Assembly: GCA_015232395.1 (NCBI GenBank) | Contig: JADFZT010000018.1 | Location: forward strand, 4,172 to 68,171 | Reading direction: 5' to 3' | Source: Magnetococcales bacterium | GTDB taxonomy: Bacteria; Pseudomonadota; Magnetococcia; Magnetococcales; JADFZT01 | Length of the DNA stretch: 64,000 bases | Part shown: piece after piece, positions 52,742 through 60,288 of the stretch | Layout of the letters: the number at the start of each line of letters is the position of its first letter | How positions within the stretch are numbered: the first letter of the stretch is position 1 | The notes under the pieces: generated by a model | The model's input: the letters and a program-made list of their open reading frames with translations, nothing else | Told to the model about the DNA's origin: nothing | The model's database searches: none | Position numbers and translations under genes: made by a program

Positions 52742-52942
52742 ATGACCCGGGACTTGCGTGCAGTTTTTGAAAAAATGGATCTCTTGAAGCGGTTTCCCAA
52801 CGTCCACAGCGATATTTTGCAACACTTCGGCGTGGAAAAACCGACGGATTTTTCAAGGTTTGATGACATCCGGCTGGGGGAAGTGGTTCGGCATGTGGAA
52901 AATTGCTACCGCTGGTTTTGGCCAGTACGGCTTGCAGCGTGA
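52742..52942 (+). CDS. Hypothetical 66-aa protein
   Basis: ATG at 52742 lies 6 nt behind a canonical AAAGGAG SD. MTRDLRAVFEKMDLLKRFPNVHSDILQHFGVEKPTDFSRFDDIRLGEVVRHVENCYRWFWPVRLAA*. The ORF-track version (52691) starts upstream without an SD. No family recognised. Confidence 0.45.
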   Translation: MTRDLRAVFEKMDLLKRFPNVHSDILQHFGVEKPTDFSRFDDIRLGEVVRHVENCYRWFWPVRLAA

Positions 52943-52960
52943 TGGTATAGCAGTTCTCTC

Positions 52961-53016
52961 TCAAAATTGGACACTCTTCCCTGACTCGTCATCCCCGCGA
53001 AGGCGGGGATCCAGGG
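52961..53016 (-). repeat. Short palindromic repeat element, copy C (inverted relative to A and B)
   Basis: AAAATTGGACACTCTTCCCTGACTCGTCATCCCCGCGAAGGCGGGGATCCAGGGAG. Contains the perfect hairpin ATCCCCGC-gaa-GCGGGGAT. Its reverse complement aligns with copy B (CCCTGGAT.CCCGC.TTCGCG.G.ATGACG......TGTCCAATT). Confidence 0.7.
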
Positions 53017-53105
53017 AGCTGATGATTGCCCTCAAGGAAAAACCAAATCTTCAAGGAAGGTCGGTATTTTGCTGAAAGTGATGCAAGATTTGGAAAGGTA
53101 TGCGC

Positions 53106-53184
53106 CAGACTCCCTGGATTCCCGCATTCGCGAGAATGACGGCAAAAATGCAACGGCATATGTCCAATTCTTGATTTGAATGGC
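53106..53184 (+). repeat. Short palindromic repeat element, copy B
   Basis: CCCTGGATTCCCGCATTCGCGAGAATGACGGCAAAAATGCAACGGCATATGTCCAATTCTTGATTTGAATGGC. Forms an inverted pair with copy C across a ~95-nt spacer. Confidence 0.75.
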
Positions 53185-53450
53185 TATAGGGCAACACCCG
53201 AGCACCCTTTAATCGGATGTATAGTGGTGGAATGTCAGCAGCTTGTTGCTTGAGATCGGTTCGGAATTACAGAATATACAGGCGGGCGGTGTCTGGATCG
53301 AAAAATGGTCAGGGCTGCCGGAAACAGATGTTCCCGACATAAGCGTGGCTTAACTCAACTCAATACATTGATTTATCAGCGTTTTTTCCTTCCATTGACC
53401 CAAAAAACCCTATTCCCTCACTCAACCCCACCCCCGAGCATCACACACCC

Positions 53451-53759
53451 TCAATTTGAAGAACCCACCGTTTCTTTAGGTAGCGTCACAAGGGTCTGTT
53501 CAATCAAGGAAAAAGCAGCAGCATCCATCACCCCGCCATTCTCCCCGATCTTTTGGCAAAAAGCTTCCAGAGTGCCCTTCAGATGAGAGAGGCATACTTC
53601 ATAGGCTTCTATACGCTCGGCAGACTCCTCCAGGAGCGCCGCATAAAAATCCCGTTCACTGCGCAGGCTAAACAGATCGTCAAACAGCTGACCGATATCC
53701 GCAGCAGCCCCTTCCGGTTCCACTTCCCTGGGAATCATTCTTCTTCTTTTGGGGAACAT
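53451..53759 (-). CDS. Hypothetical acidic 102-aa protein, last gene of the methyltransferase-GT2 operon
   Basis: ATG at 53757-53759 behind GGGAGAG, 81 nt after the GT2 stop, same strand. MFPKRRRMIPREVEPEGAAADIGQLFDDLFSLRSERDFYAALLEESAERIEAYEV... No family recognised. Confidence 0.5.
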   Translation of the reverse strand: MFPKRRRMIPREVEPEGAAADIGQLFDDLFSLRSERDFYAALLEESAERIEAYEVCLSHLKGTLEAFCQKIGENGGVMDAAAFSLIEQTLVTLPKETVGSSN

Positions 53760-53840
53760 CCCTTTTCTCTCCCGTATGATGAGTGCGTCGGGAGTGAAGA
53801 TGCAATTTTCAAACCGGAAAAAACCTCTCCTCCAAAGAAA

Positions 53841-54563
53841 TCAATCCGCCCATCGAAATTTCAACAGGGTCCACACCGCGATCAAACCATCGATGGGGCG
53901 GATTTTTTTTCCCTCCTCCAGGGAACGAGGCTCGTAGGCGATGGGAATTTCGATAATCTTGACACCGCTACGGATCAACTTGGCGGTCAACTCATGGTCG
54001 GTCTCAAAGCCGTGGGTACGCACGGTAAAACTTTTCACCAAATGGGCCGGATAGAGTTTGTAAGCCGTCAATAGATCTGTAATCCAGCGGCCATAGAGCA
54101 ATAGACAAACCCCCGCCAACACCCAATTCATCCCCCAAGGTCCAATCCCCTGCCTGGCGTGACGTCCCGGAAACACTCCCCACCCCCGCTCCCGCATCAC
54201 CCCCAAGGGCCGACTGCCATAAACCGATACCAGCCCCCCCTTCCCCAGGGCCTCCAGCATGGGCAGATAGTCGTCCGGGTCATATTCCAGATCGGCATCC
54301 TGAACCAAAAGCCACTCCCCGGTGGACTCCCGCCCCCCCCGCTGTACCGCACGACCCTTGCCCTGATTCGGCTGCTGAATCACCCGTACCCCGTCAAATC
54401 CCCGGGCCAGATCAGCGGTATCATCCTGGGAGCCGTCATCCACGACGATGATTTCCTTTTCATACCCCAGCTTTTCGGTGGGGATCCCCTGGATTTTTTC
54501 AAGCAGGGGCACGATAAACGCCGCTTCATTATAGGCTGGAACAATAATGGATAGCTTTTTCAT
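53841..54563 (-). CDS. Family-2 glycosyltransferase (DPM1/GtrB-like)
   Basis: MKKLSIIVPAYNEAAFIVPLLEKI...IIVVDDGSQDDTADLA...LLVQDADLEYDP (DxD). The alternative upstream start at 54653 abuts the preceding gene. Confidence 0.88.
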   Translation of the reverse strand: MKKLSIIVPAYNEAAFIVPLLEKIQGIPTEKLGYEKEIIVVDDGSQDDTADLARGFDGVRVIQQPNQGKGRAVQRGGRESTGEWLLVQDADLEYDPDDYLPMLEALGKGGLVSVYGSRPLGVMRERGWGVFPGRHARQGIGPWGMNWVLAGVCLLLYGRWITDLLTAYKLYPAHLVKSFTVRTHGFETDHELTAKLIRSGVKIIEIPIAYEPRSLEEGKKIRPIDGLIAVWTLLKFRWAD

Positions 54564-54653
54564 GGTTTTTTTTCGGTAGATAAAATCAATTGGAGTCGCT
54601 GGAATCCGTCTCAACCCCTGGAACCGACCGTCAGGACTCTCCCGGACAGGCAA

Positions 54654-55502
54654 TCAGAGTGGGGAAGCGTTGACTCTCTCCTGCAAGACTTTCTCAGCCA
54701 CCTCGGCCTCCTCCCGGGTGTTGACCCCCATGGACTCCAAGCCCGCCCCAATCCGCAAGGTCATCACTCCCCCCGGCTCCTGCTCAAAAAAGGGCAGCAC
54801 CTGAAGCAGATTAAACTCTCCGGTCTCCTTCCCCAGACCGATACCCGCCTCACGCCCCCGAGCCAGCACGGGAAAGAGCGCAGCCACCCTGAAAAGAAAG
54901 AGACCGCAATCATTCTCTCCCGGACCAGAGAGATGCCCCCCCTCCCCCTCCCGGACTTGATGCACCTGGAGGAGACGTTCATCCCCATCCCTCTCAAAAC
55001 GAATGTAAGGGGGATCCCGCATGACGCTGGCCAAGGTCAGGGCAGCCCCTTGAACGGTATGCAGTCCGATAGCGTTTGCCAGAGTTGAAGGTGAGAGCAA
55101 AACCTGATCCCCCCACACCACCAAAGCCTGGGGGGTGGTCACCACATCCCGGGCAAGCCCCACCGCATCCCCCATACCGGTAGGCCGCTCCTGAATCACC
55201 GTGGCACCCTGCTCCCCCAGCCGCTCCTGAATCAGGGGCGCCACTTCGGCTTCCCCTTGGGAAGAGAGCACAAAAACCATTTTGCCACAGAAGGGGGTGA
55301 GCAGATCGATCAACCAGTGGAGGATAGGGCGACCCAGAAGGGGATAGAGAATTTTAGGCCGATGATATCCCAAACGGCTCCCCTCTCCCGCAGCGGGAAT
55401 GATCGCGGTCCAGGCAGCTCGATCCAACCCTGCCTGCCTCACCGAATCCGCCACCTCCCCCATCTGCCAGATCCGCTTCATCGGGCTTTCCCGGCGACTC
55501 AC
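54654..55502 (-). CDS. Sugar-phosphate nucleotidyltransferase family protein
   Basis: 282 aa. AIIPAAGEGSRLGYHRPKILYPLLGRPIL (GxGxR loop) ...PTGMGDAV...VVWGDQVLL. A GTG start overlaps the upstream gene's TGA (GTGA); alternative ATG at 55481. Confidence 0.8.
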   Translation of the reverse strand: MSRRESPMKRIWQMGEVADSVRQAGLDRAAWTAIIPAAGEGSRLGYHRPKILYPLLGRPILHWLIDLLTPFCGKMVFVLSSQGEAEVAPLIQERLGEQGATVIQERPTGMGDAVGLARDVVTTPQALVVWGDQVLLSPSTLANAIGLHTVQGAALTLASVMRDPPYIRFERDGDERLLQVHQVREGEGGHLSGPGENDCGLFLFRVAALFPVLARGREAGIGLGKETGEFNLLQVLPFFEQEPGGVMTLRIGAGLESMGVNTREEAEVAEKVLQERVNASPL

Positions 55503-56446
55503 AAACGTTTCCTGGCGACCAGCAGAGACTGGCCCATATTATAACGCAAAGGAATCCTCCCCAGACCCAGCTGATCCACCAACCGCCCCAGCCAGCCGAA
55601 CACCTTGAAGTAGGCCCCGGCCCGGCGCAGCAGATAGCCCAACGCCAGGGTCTGCCAGTAGGGTCGCACCCGACTGGCTTCGAAGCCCCGGTCGTTTAAA
55701 AGCCGGGTCAAGGTTTTCGGCGTAAAATAGATCAGATGGACGCTTAAAAAAAAGGGCCACTTCCACCCCATCAACCGCCGGGCCAGTGAAGCGTCATCGG
55801 GAAAGTTGACCACCAACAATCCCCCCGGCTTGAGCAGCCCCCGGATACGTTCCAGACTCTCCCCCGGATCGGTCAGATGTTCTATCACATCCCACAGGGT
55901 GATGAGATCAAAGGTGTGGGGTTCAAAATTTTGCTCTGCCAAGACCCCAGGCCGGATGTCCAGCTGATACTGCTCCCGCCCCCACTCGGCCAACCAGCGA
56001 CTGGGCTCGATCCCGACCACCTCATAACCCAAATCCGCCGCCGCCTTGGGAAAGGCTCCCCCACCACAGCCGACATCCAGCACCTTCACCCCCGAAGCTG
56101 GCTGCAAACCATGATTCCGGGCAATCGCCCCCAGGCTCCGCTTGAAGGTTTCGATGCGCTCGGGATTTTGTGCGACAAAGGTGGGATCCTCCGCGCCGGT
56201 GTAGCCCGCCAGGATAATCTCCTCATCCACCCGGGGGTTGAGATAGACCAGATCGCACCCCAAACAGCGCACCAGGGCATCCAGCAACATCTCATCAGAA
56301 GAAGCGGAGTAAAGCGCCTCCAGCCCCTCCCGGGTCAGATCAGCAGGATAAGCGGCAGGGCGCAGCTCAACAGACTCCCCCGAACCACACACCGGACAGG
56401 GAACCCGCGTCAGCCACTCTTGTTTCGCATTTTCAGCGCCAGGCAA
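55499..56446 (-). CDS. Class I SAM-dependent methyltransferase with N-terminal four-Cys knuckle (TTG start)
   Basis: 315 aa. CPVCGS...x40...CLGCDLVYLNP, then the SAM motif VLDVGCGGGAF...LITLWDVIEHL. The first codon is TTG (caa 56444-56446), 7 nt behind AAGGAG, with no in-frame ATG before the Cys knuckle. Confidence 0.85.
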   Translation of the reverse strand: MPGAENAKQEWLTRVPCPVCGSGESVELRPAAYPADLTREGLEALYSASSDEMLLDALVRCLGCDLVYLNPRVDEEIILAGYTGAEDPTFVAQNPERIETFKRSLGAIARNHGLQPASGVKVLDVGCGGGAFPKAAADLGYEVVGIEPSRWLAEWGREQYQLDIRPGVLAEQNFEPHTFDLITLWDVIEHLTDPGESLERIRGLLKPGGLLVVNFPDDASLARRLMGWKWPFFLSVHLIYFTPKTLTRLLNDRGFEASRVRPYWQTLALGYLLRRAGAYFKVFGWLGRLVDQLGLGRIPLRYNMGQSLLVARKRL

Positions 56447-56514
56447 GGCCGTTCTCCTTTATAATCGTCTACCCGAAAGGTTAGTATTCAACAGGAAGCC
56501 TCACAAGTCGAGCC

Positions 56515-58149
56515 ATGGATGGGAAATCCACTCCAGGGACGATCAATCATCCCTGCAATCCACTTGGCCAGCCATCATCTCCCAGCCCTTTACCCAAGGC
56601 CAGGCAACCCACCATGACCGCCGTCCTGATCAACCCCAATCTGGTGATCCAGGAAAACGATCCCTTCACCACCGGCATCGTCTACATGCCCATCGGCCTG
56701 GCTCTGGTGGCAGCCACCCTCAAACAGGCCAACCACCCCCTTAAGGTCATCGACGCCTTTGGCCAAGCGCCCAAACAAGGCCGCAGGTCCGGCCCCTTTT
56801 TGATCATGGGAGCGACCATAGAGGAAATTCTCAAGCAAATCCCCGCCAAAGCCCAAGTGGTGTTTCTCTATGCCAATCAGCTGATCAACCACACCTCCCT
56901 GGTTGAAATTCTGGGGGCGATCAAAACCAACCGCCCCAAGCTCCCTCTCATCGTGCTGGAAAACACCCAGGCGGTGACCGCTTATGCCCTGGAACCGGTA
57001 GCTGAGGCACTTCTGGAAGCCGGTGCGGATTATCTATTGACCGGTGAGGGGGAGGTTGGGGCTCCTGCCATCACAGCCATCCTGATGCAGCATGGAGAAG
57101 ACGAAAACGAGGATGCGCCAAGCTCGGGGCAAGCCACGACCTTGGCAGCCAAACTGGAAACCGTGCCGGGACTCATCGCCAAAGATTTTCGCACCCCCCG
57201 GGGCGCCTTTATCAGCGATCTCGACCAGCTCCCCTTCCCCGCCTGGGAACTTTTTCCCGTTGAAAACTATTGGTCCCTCCAATTTGCCCACGGCCCCCTC
57301 TCAAGCTCCCGCTATCTCCCCCTGCTCACCTCCCGGGGATGCCCCTTTCCCTGCCGATTTTGCGTGGTCCCCTTCACCAACGAACGCAAATGGCGGGCCC
57401 GCTCCCCGGAAAATGTCATGGCGGAGATGGCCCACTTTCAAAAAAGCCTGGGGGTGTCGGAATTTCACATCGAAGATCTCAACCCCACGGTGCAGGATCG
57501 CAGAACCCGGGGGATTGCCCGCGCCATCATTGATCAGGGATTGACGGTGACCTGGAAGATCGTCAGCGGCACCAAAGTGGAGTCGATCAAAAATGCGGAG
57601 AGCATCGACCTGATGGCCCAATCCGGCTGCCGTTATATCTCCATCTCCCCGGAGAGTGGCTCCCCGGAGGTGTTGAAAAAGATGGCCAAGCCCTTCAACC
57701 TCGACCATGCGGTCAACATGATCAAACGGATGAACCAGACAGGCATCCGTTCCCAGGCCTGCTTTGTGTTGGGTTTTCCGGGAGAAACAGAGAAGGATTT
57801 GGAGATGACCCGCCAGCGGGCTCTGGAGATGACCCGGGGAGGGGTGGATGAGATCGCCCTTTTTATCATCACCCCGGTACCAGGATCAGAACTGTTTGAC
57901 TCCTTCGAAGGGTACGGCTCCCTCTCGGAGCTTAATTTTACCCCCTCCTGGCGGGAAGATTATGAACAGCTCGCCCGCTTTCGCCTGAACCTCTATCGGC
58001 GTTTTTTATTCACCAAGCTCCTTTACCATCCCGGCAAAATCATACGCCAAAGCTGGAATTTTTTCCGACGCTCCTTCGAAACCAAAATGGAGATGGTGCC
58101 CTTCAAGGCGCTGGTGTGGAAATGGGTAGGCAGATCGGTCAAGGATTAG
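56515..58149 (+). CDS. B12-binding-domain radical SAM protein
   Basis: 544-aa ORF. N-terminal Rossmann-like B12-binding-type region (VLINPNLV...GIVYMPIGLALVAATLKQANHPLKVIDAF) and radical-SAM cluster motif LTSRGCPFPCRFCVVP (CxxxCxxC). The true start may be the ATG at 56614 (MTAVLINPN). Confidence 0.85.
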   Translation: MDGKSTPGTINHPCNPLGQPSSPSPLPKARQPTMTAVLINPNLVIQENDPFTTGIVYMPIGLALVAATLKQANHPLKVIDAFGQAPKQGRRSGPFLIMGATIEEILKQIPAKAQVVFLYANQLINHTSLVEILGAIKTNRPKLPLIVLENTQAVTAYALEPVAEALLEAGADYLLTGEGEVGAPAITAILMQHGEDENEDAPSSGQATTLAAKLETVPGLIAKDFRTPRGAFISDLDQLPFPAWELFPVENYWSLQFAHGPLSSSRYLPLLTSRGCPFPCRFCVVPFTNERKWRARSPENVMAEMAHFQKSLGVSEFHIEDLNPTVQDRRTRGIARAIIDQGLTVTWKIVSGTKVESIKNAESIDLMAQSGCRYISISPESGSPEVLKKMAKPFNLDHAVNMIKRMNQTGIRSQACFVLGFPGETEKDLEMTRQRALEMTRGGVDEIALFIITPVPGSELFDSFEGYGSLSELNFTPSWREDYEQLARFRLNLYRRFLFTKLLYHPGKIIRQSWNFFRRSFETKMEMVPFKALVWKWVGRSVKD

Positions 58150-58176
58150 GGTCAGATCATCGTGTGAAGCCAAAAT

Positions 58177-60198
58177 CTATTCGTTTGGCTTCCAGAAACC
58201 GTGGCGAATGAGGGAAAAGAGGGTGCTGAAACCGTCGCCTACCGTGGTCTTTTTGCCTTCGGCCTTGGTGCGGGGGTGGTATTGGACCGGCACTTCCAGG
58301 ACAAACTCTCCCAATCGACTCACCTTGGCGATAATCTCCCCCTCCAGATCCACACCGGAAGAGACCAGATTCATCGATCTCAACAACGCCCGATCAAACC
58401 CCTTCAGAGTGGAAAAGGGGTCGCTCACATAGCGGTTGTAGAGCAGCAGGGAAAGAATGGAGATGGACATCCCCCCATATTTACTTAAAAAGTGCGCCAA
58501 ACGGCGGTTGCCGTAGATGTGGCGGATGCGCTGACTCAGGTTGACACACTTGATGGCCCGACTGCCAAACACCACCCGATAGCGGTTTTGAATGATGGGC
58601 TCCACCACCAGGGCCAGATCCCCAGCCTGATACTCCCCATCAGAGGGAAAGATCACCACCACATTCCCCCGGGCCTTGGCAAGCCCCATTCTGATCGCCT
58701 CCCCCCGCCCCTGCCGACCCGCTTCCAAGACATAAACCCGGACAAATTTTTCTTCCCTGGCAATGGCCAGGGTTTCATCACTGGAGCCGCCATCCACCAC
58801 AATCAGCTCCTTGGCGACATCATAACCGCTCAAATCCAGGCGATTCAGATCTTCCAACACCCGGCCAATGGTGGCGGCTTCGTTCAGAGCCGGAACCACG
58901 ATGGAAACCATGTGCCGATAGGGATGAATCTTCACCTCCACCAGCCGCTGGGCCAAGGGGAGCAGCTGATCCACCAACTGGCCGCCGTGATGCCGCCCGC
59001 TGCCCATCTCCCAATCTCCAGCCGTGACCGCTTCCGGATCAAGCCCCATGCGACCGATATCGAAAGGCACATAACTGCCGGAGCGCTCCCGATTCAGCTC
59101 CCCCTGATCCGGCTCCTGCACCAAAACCCGGGTGGTGAGGCTCGCCATCTGACAGTCGATGGCCCCCTTGCGGGACATATAATAGTGAAAAGCCTGTAAC
59201 AACCCCTGAACCGACAGGTTGGGGATGTCGTGATCATGGAGAATATTGGCGACAAACACCTTTTCAGCGGTTTCGTTGCCGGTGATCGCCTCGGTCATGC
59301 CCTGGGTGAGGTAGGAAGGGAGCAGAGAGGAGTGTTGGGTGCCGGGGCCATAGATGATCAGATCAGCATCAGCGATGGCTTCGATAGCCCCAGCATCAGC
59401 CTTGGGCAGACTCTCCCTGGTGGCCAGGAAAGCACGCCGCGCCTCAGGAGGGAGAGCCCCCAGTTGCTTCAGCTCCTCAGGGGTCAAATAATCCGGCAGC
59501 AAAAAAATTTCCTGGATGGATACACTATCCTGGGGAGCCACAATGGCCGATTCATCGACTAGAAAGCGCCCGTCAGCTTTGAGGGCCACCAATACCCGGT
59601 TTGCCCCATCGGTGATGTTGAGCACCCGCCCCCGGCAGGCTGAAAATTGGGCAAAATGGTCGATGGCCTGGTTGAAATTTTTCCCTTCAGCCAGATAACA
59701 GCCGGAAAAAAGAATATTGCCTACCGAACAATCCCCATAATCAAAAGAGATCCCCTCCTTCAATCGGGCCTCTTCATACGCCAGAAAGGCTCGACAATAG
59801 TCCCCCATCACCGCCATCTGGCCCATGGTGAGATCCCGGCAAGCCTCAGCCAGAAATGGATCCGAAGGAAACCCCATCCCCTTGGCCACAGGCACCAGAC
59901 TTCCCAAAGCCTGCTCACGGGAGGTGCCATCCGGAAAACGAAAGTCGAGAAATCTTTTCAGTGCGCCATGACAGCTTTCCGTCACGGGCATCAGAGTGGA
60001 GATGTTTTTGCGAACGTCGGAAGGCCCCAGCATGCCCGGGATAAACCCCCGGAGCCGGCCGGTGGAGAGGCCATCGTCATAGGCGTTGACGATGACGGTC
60101 AGATGGATCTGGGAGTGGCGGATCAGCGCAGGTGAGAGGGAAGCGGTCCCCCGACCACCGCTGAAGAGGACCACTGCAATCTGTTTTTCACTCCCCAT
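58177..60198 (-). CDS. Fusion protein: N-terminal YvcK/CofD-superfamily (UPF0052) domain + C-terminal family-2 glycosyltransferase domain
   Basis: 673 aa. Residues ~7-330: IAVVLFSGGRGT...VNAYDDGLSTGRLRGFIPGMLGPSDVRKN...ADLIIYGPGTQHSSLLP (cf. YvcK GGGTG...ADDGGSSGRLR...PPGDVRN...GPGSLYTSI). Residues ~430-673: MVSIVVPALNEAATIGRVL...LIVVDGGSSDETLAIA...VIFPSDGEY..., a paralog of the 53841 GT2. Confidence 0.8.
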   Translation of the reverse strand: MGSEKQIAVVLFSGGRGTASLSPALIRHSQIHLTVIVNAYDDGLSTGRLRGFIPGMLGPSDVRKNISTLMPVTESCHGALKRFLDFRFPDGTSREQALGSLVPVAKGMGFPSDPFLAEACRDLTMGQMAVMGDYCRAFLAYEEARLKEGISFDYGDCSVGNILFSGCYLAEGKNFNQAIDHFAQFSACRGRVLNITDGANRVLVALKADGRFLVDESAIVAPQDSVSIQEIFLLPDYLTPEELKQLGALPPEARRAFLATRESLPKADAGAIEAIADADLIIYGPGTQHSSLLPSYLTQGMTEAITGNETAEKVFVANILHDHDIPNLSVQGLLQAFHYYMSRKGAIDCQMASLTTRVLVQEPDQGELNRERSGSYVPFDIGRMGLDPEAVTAGDWEMGSGRHHGGQLVDQLLPLAQRLVEVKIHPYRHMVSIVVPALNEAATIGRVLEDLNRLDLSGYDVAKELIVVDGGSSDETLAIAREEKFVRVYVLEAGRQGRGEAIRMGLAKARGNVVVIFPSDGEYQAGDLALVVEPIIQNRYRVVFGSRAIKCVNLSQRIRHIYGNRRLAHFLSKYGGMSISILSLLLYNRYVSDPFSTLKGFDRALLRSMNLVSSGVDLEGEIIAKVSRLGEFVLEVPVQYHPRTKAEGKKTTVGDGFSTLFSLIRHGFWKPNE

Positions 60199-60288
60199 GG
60201 CAGCCCCCGGCAGCGGTCAAAGACCTCCCCCTGGCCCGACCCCTTTCGGATTCCAAGCCCCACATGAAGGAGATGGTTGGCAAAAACC

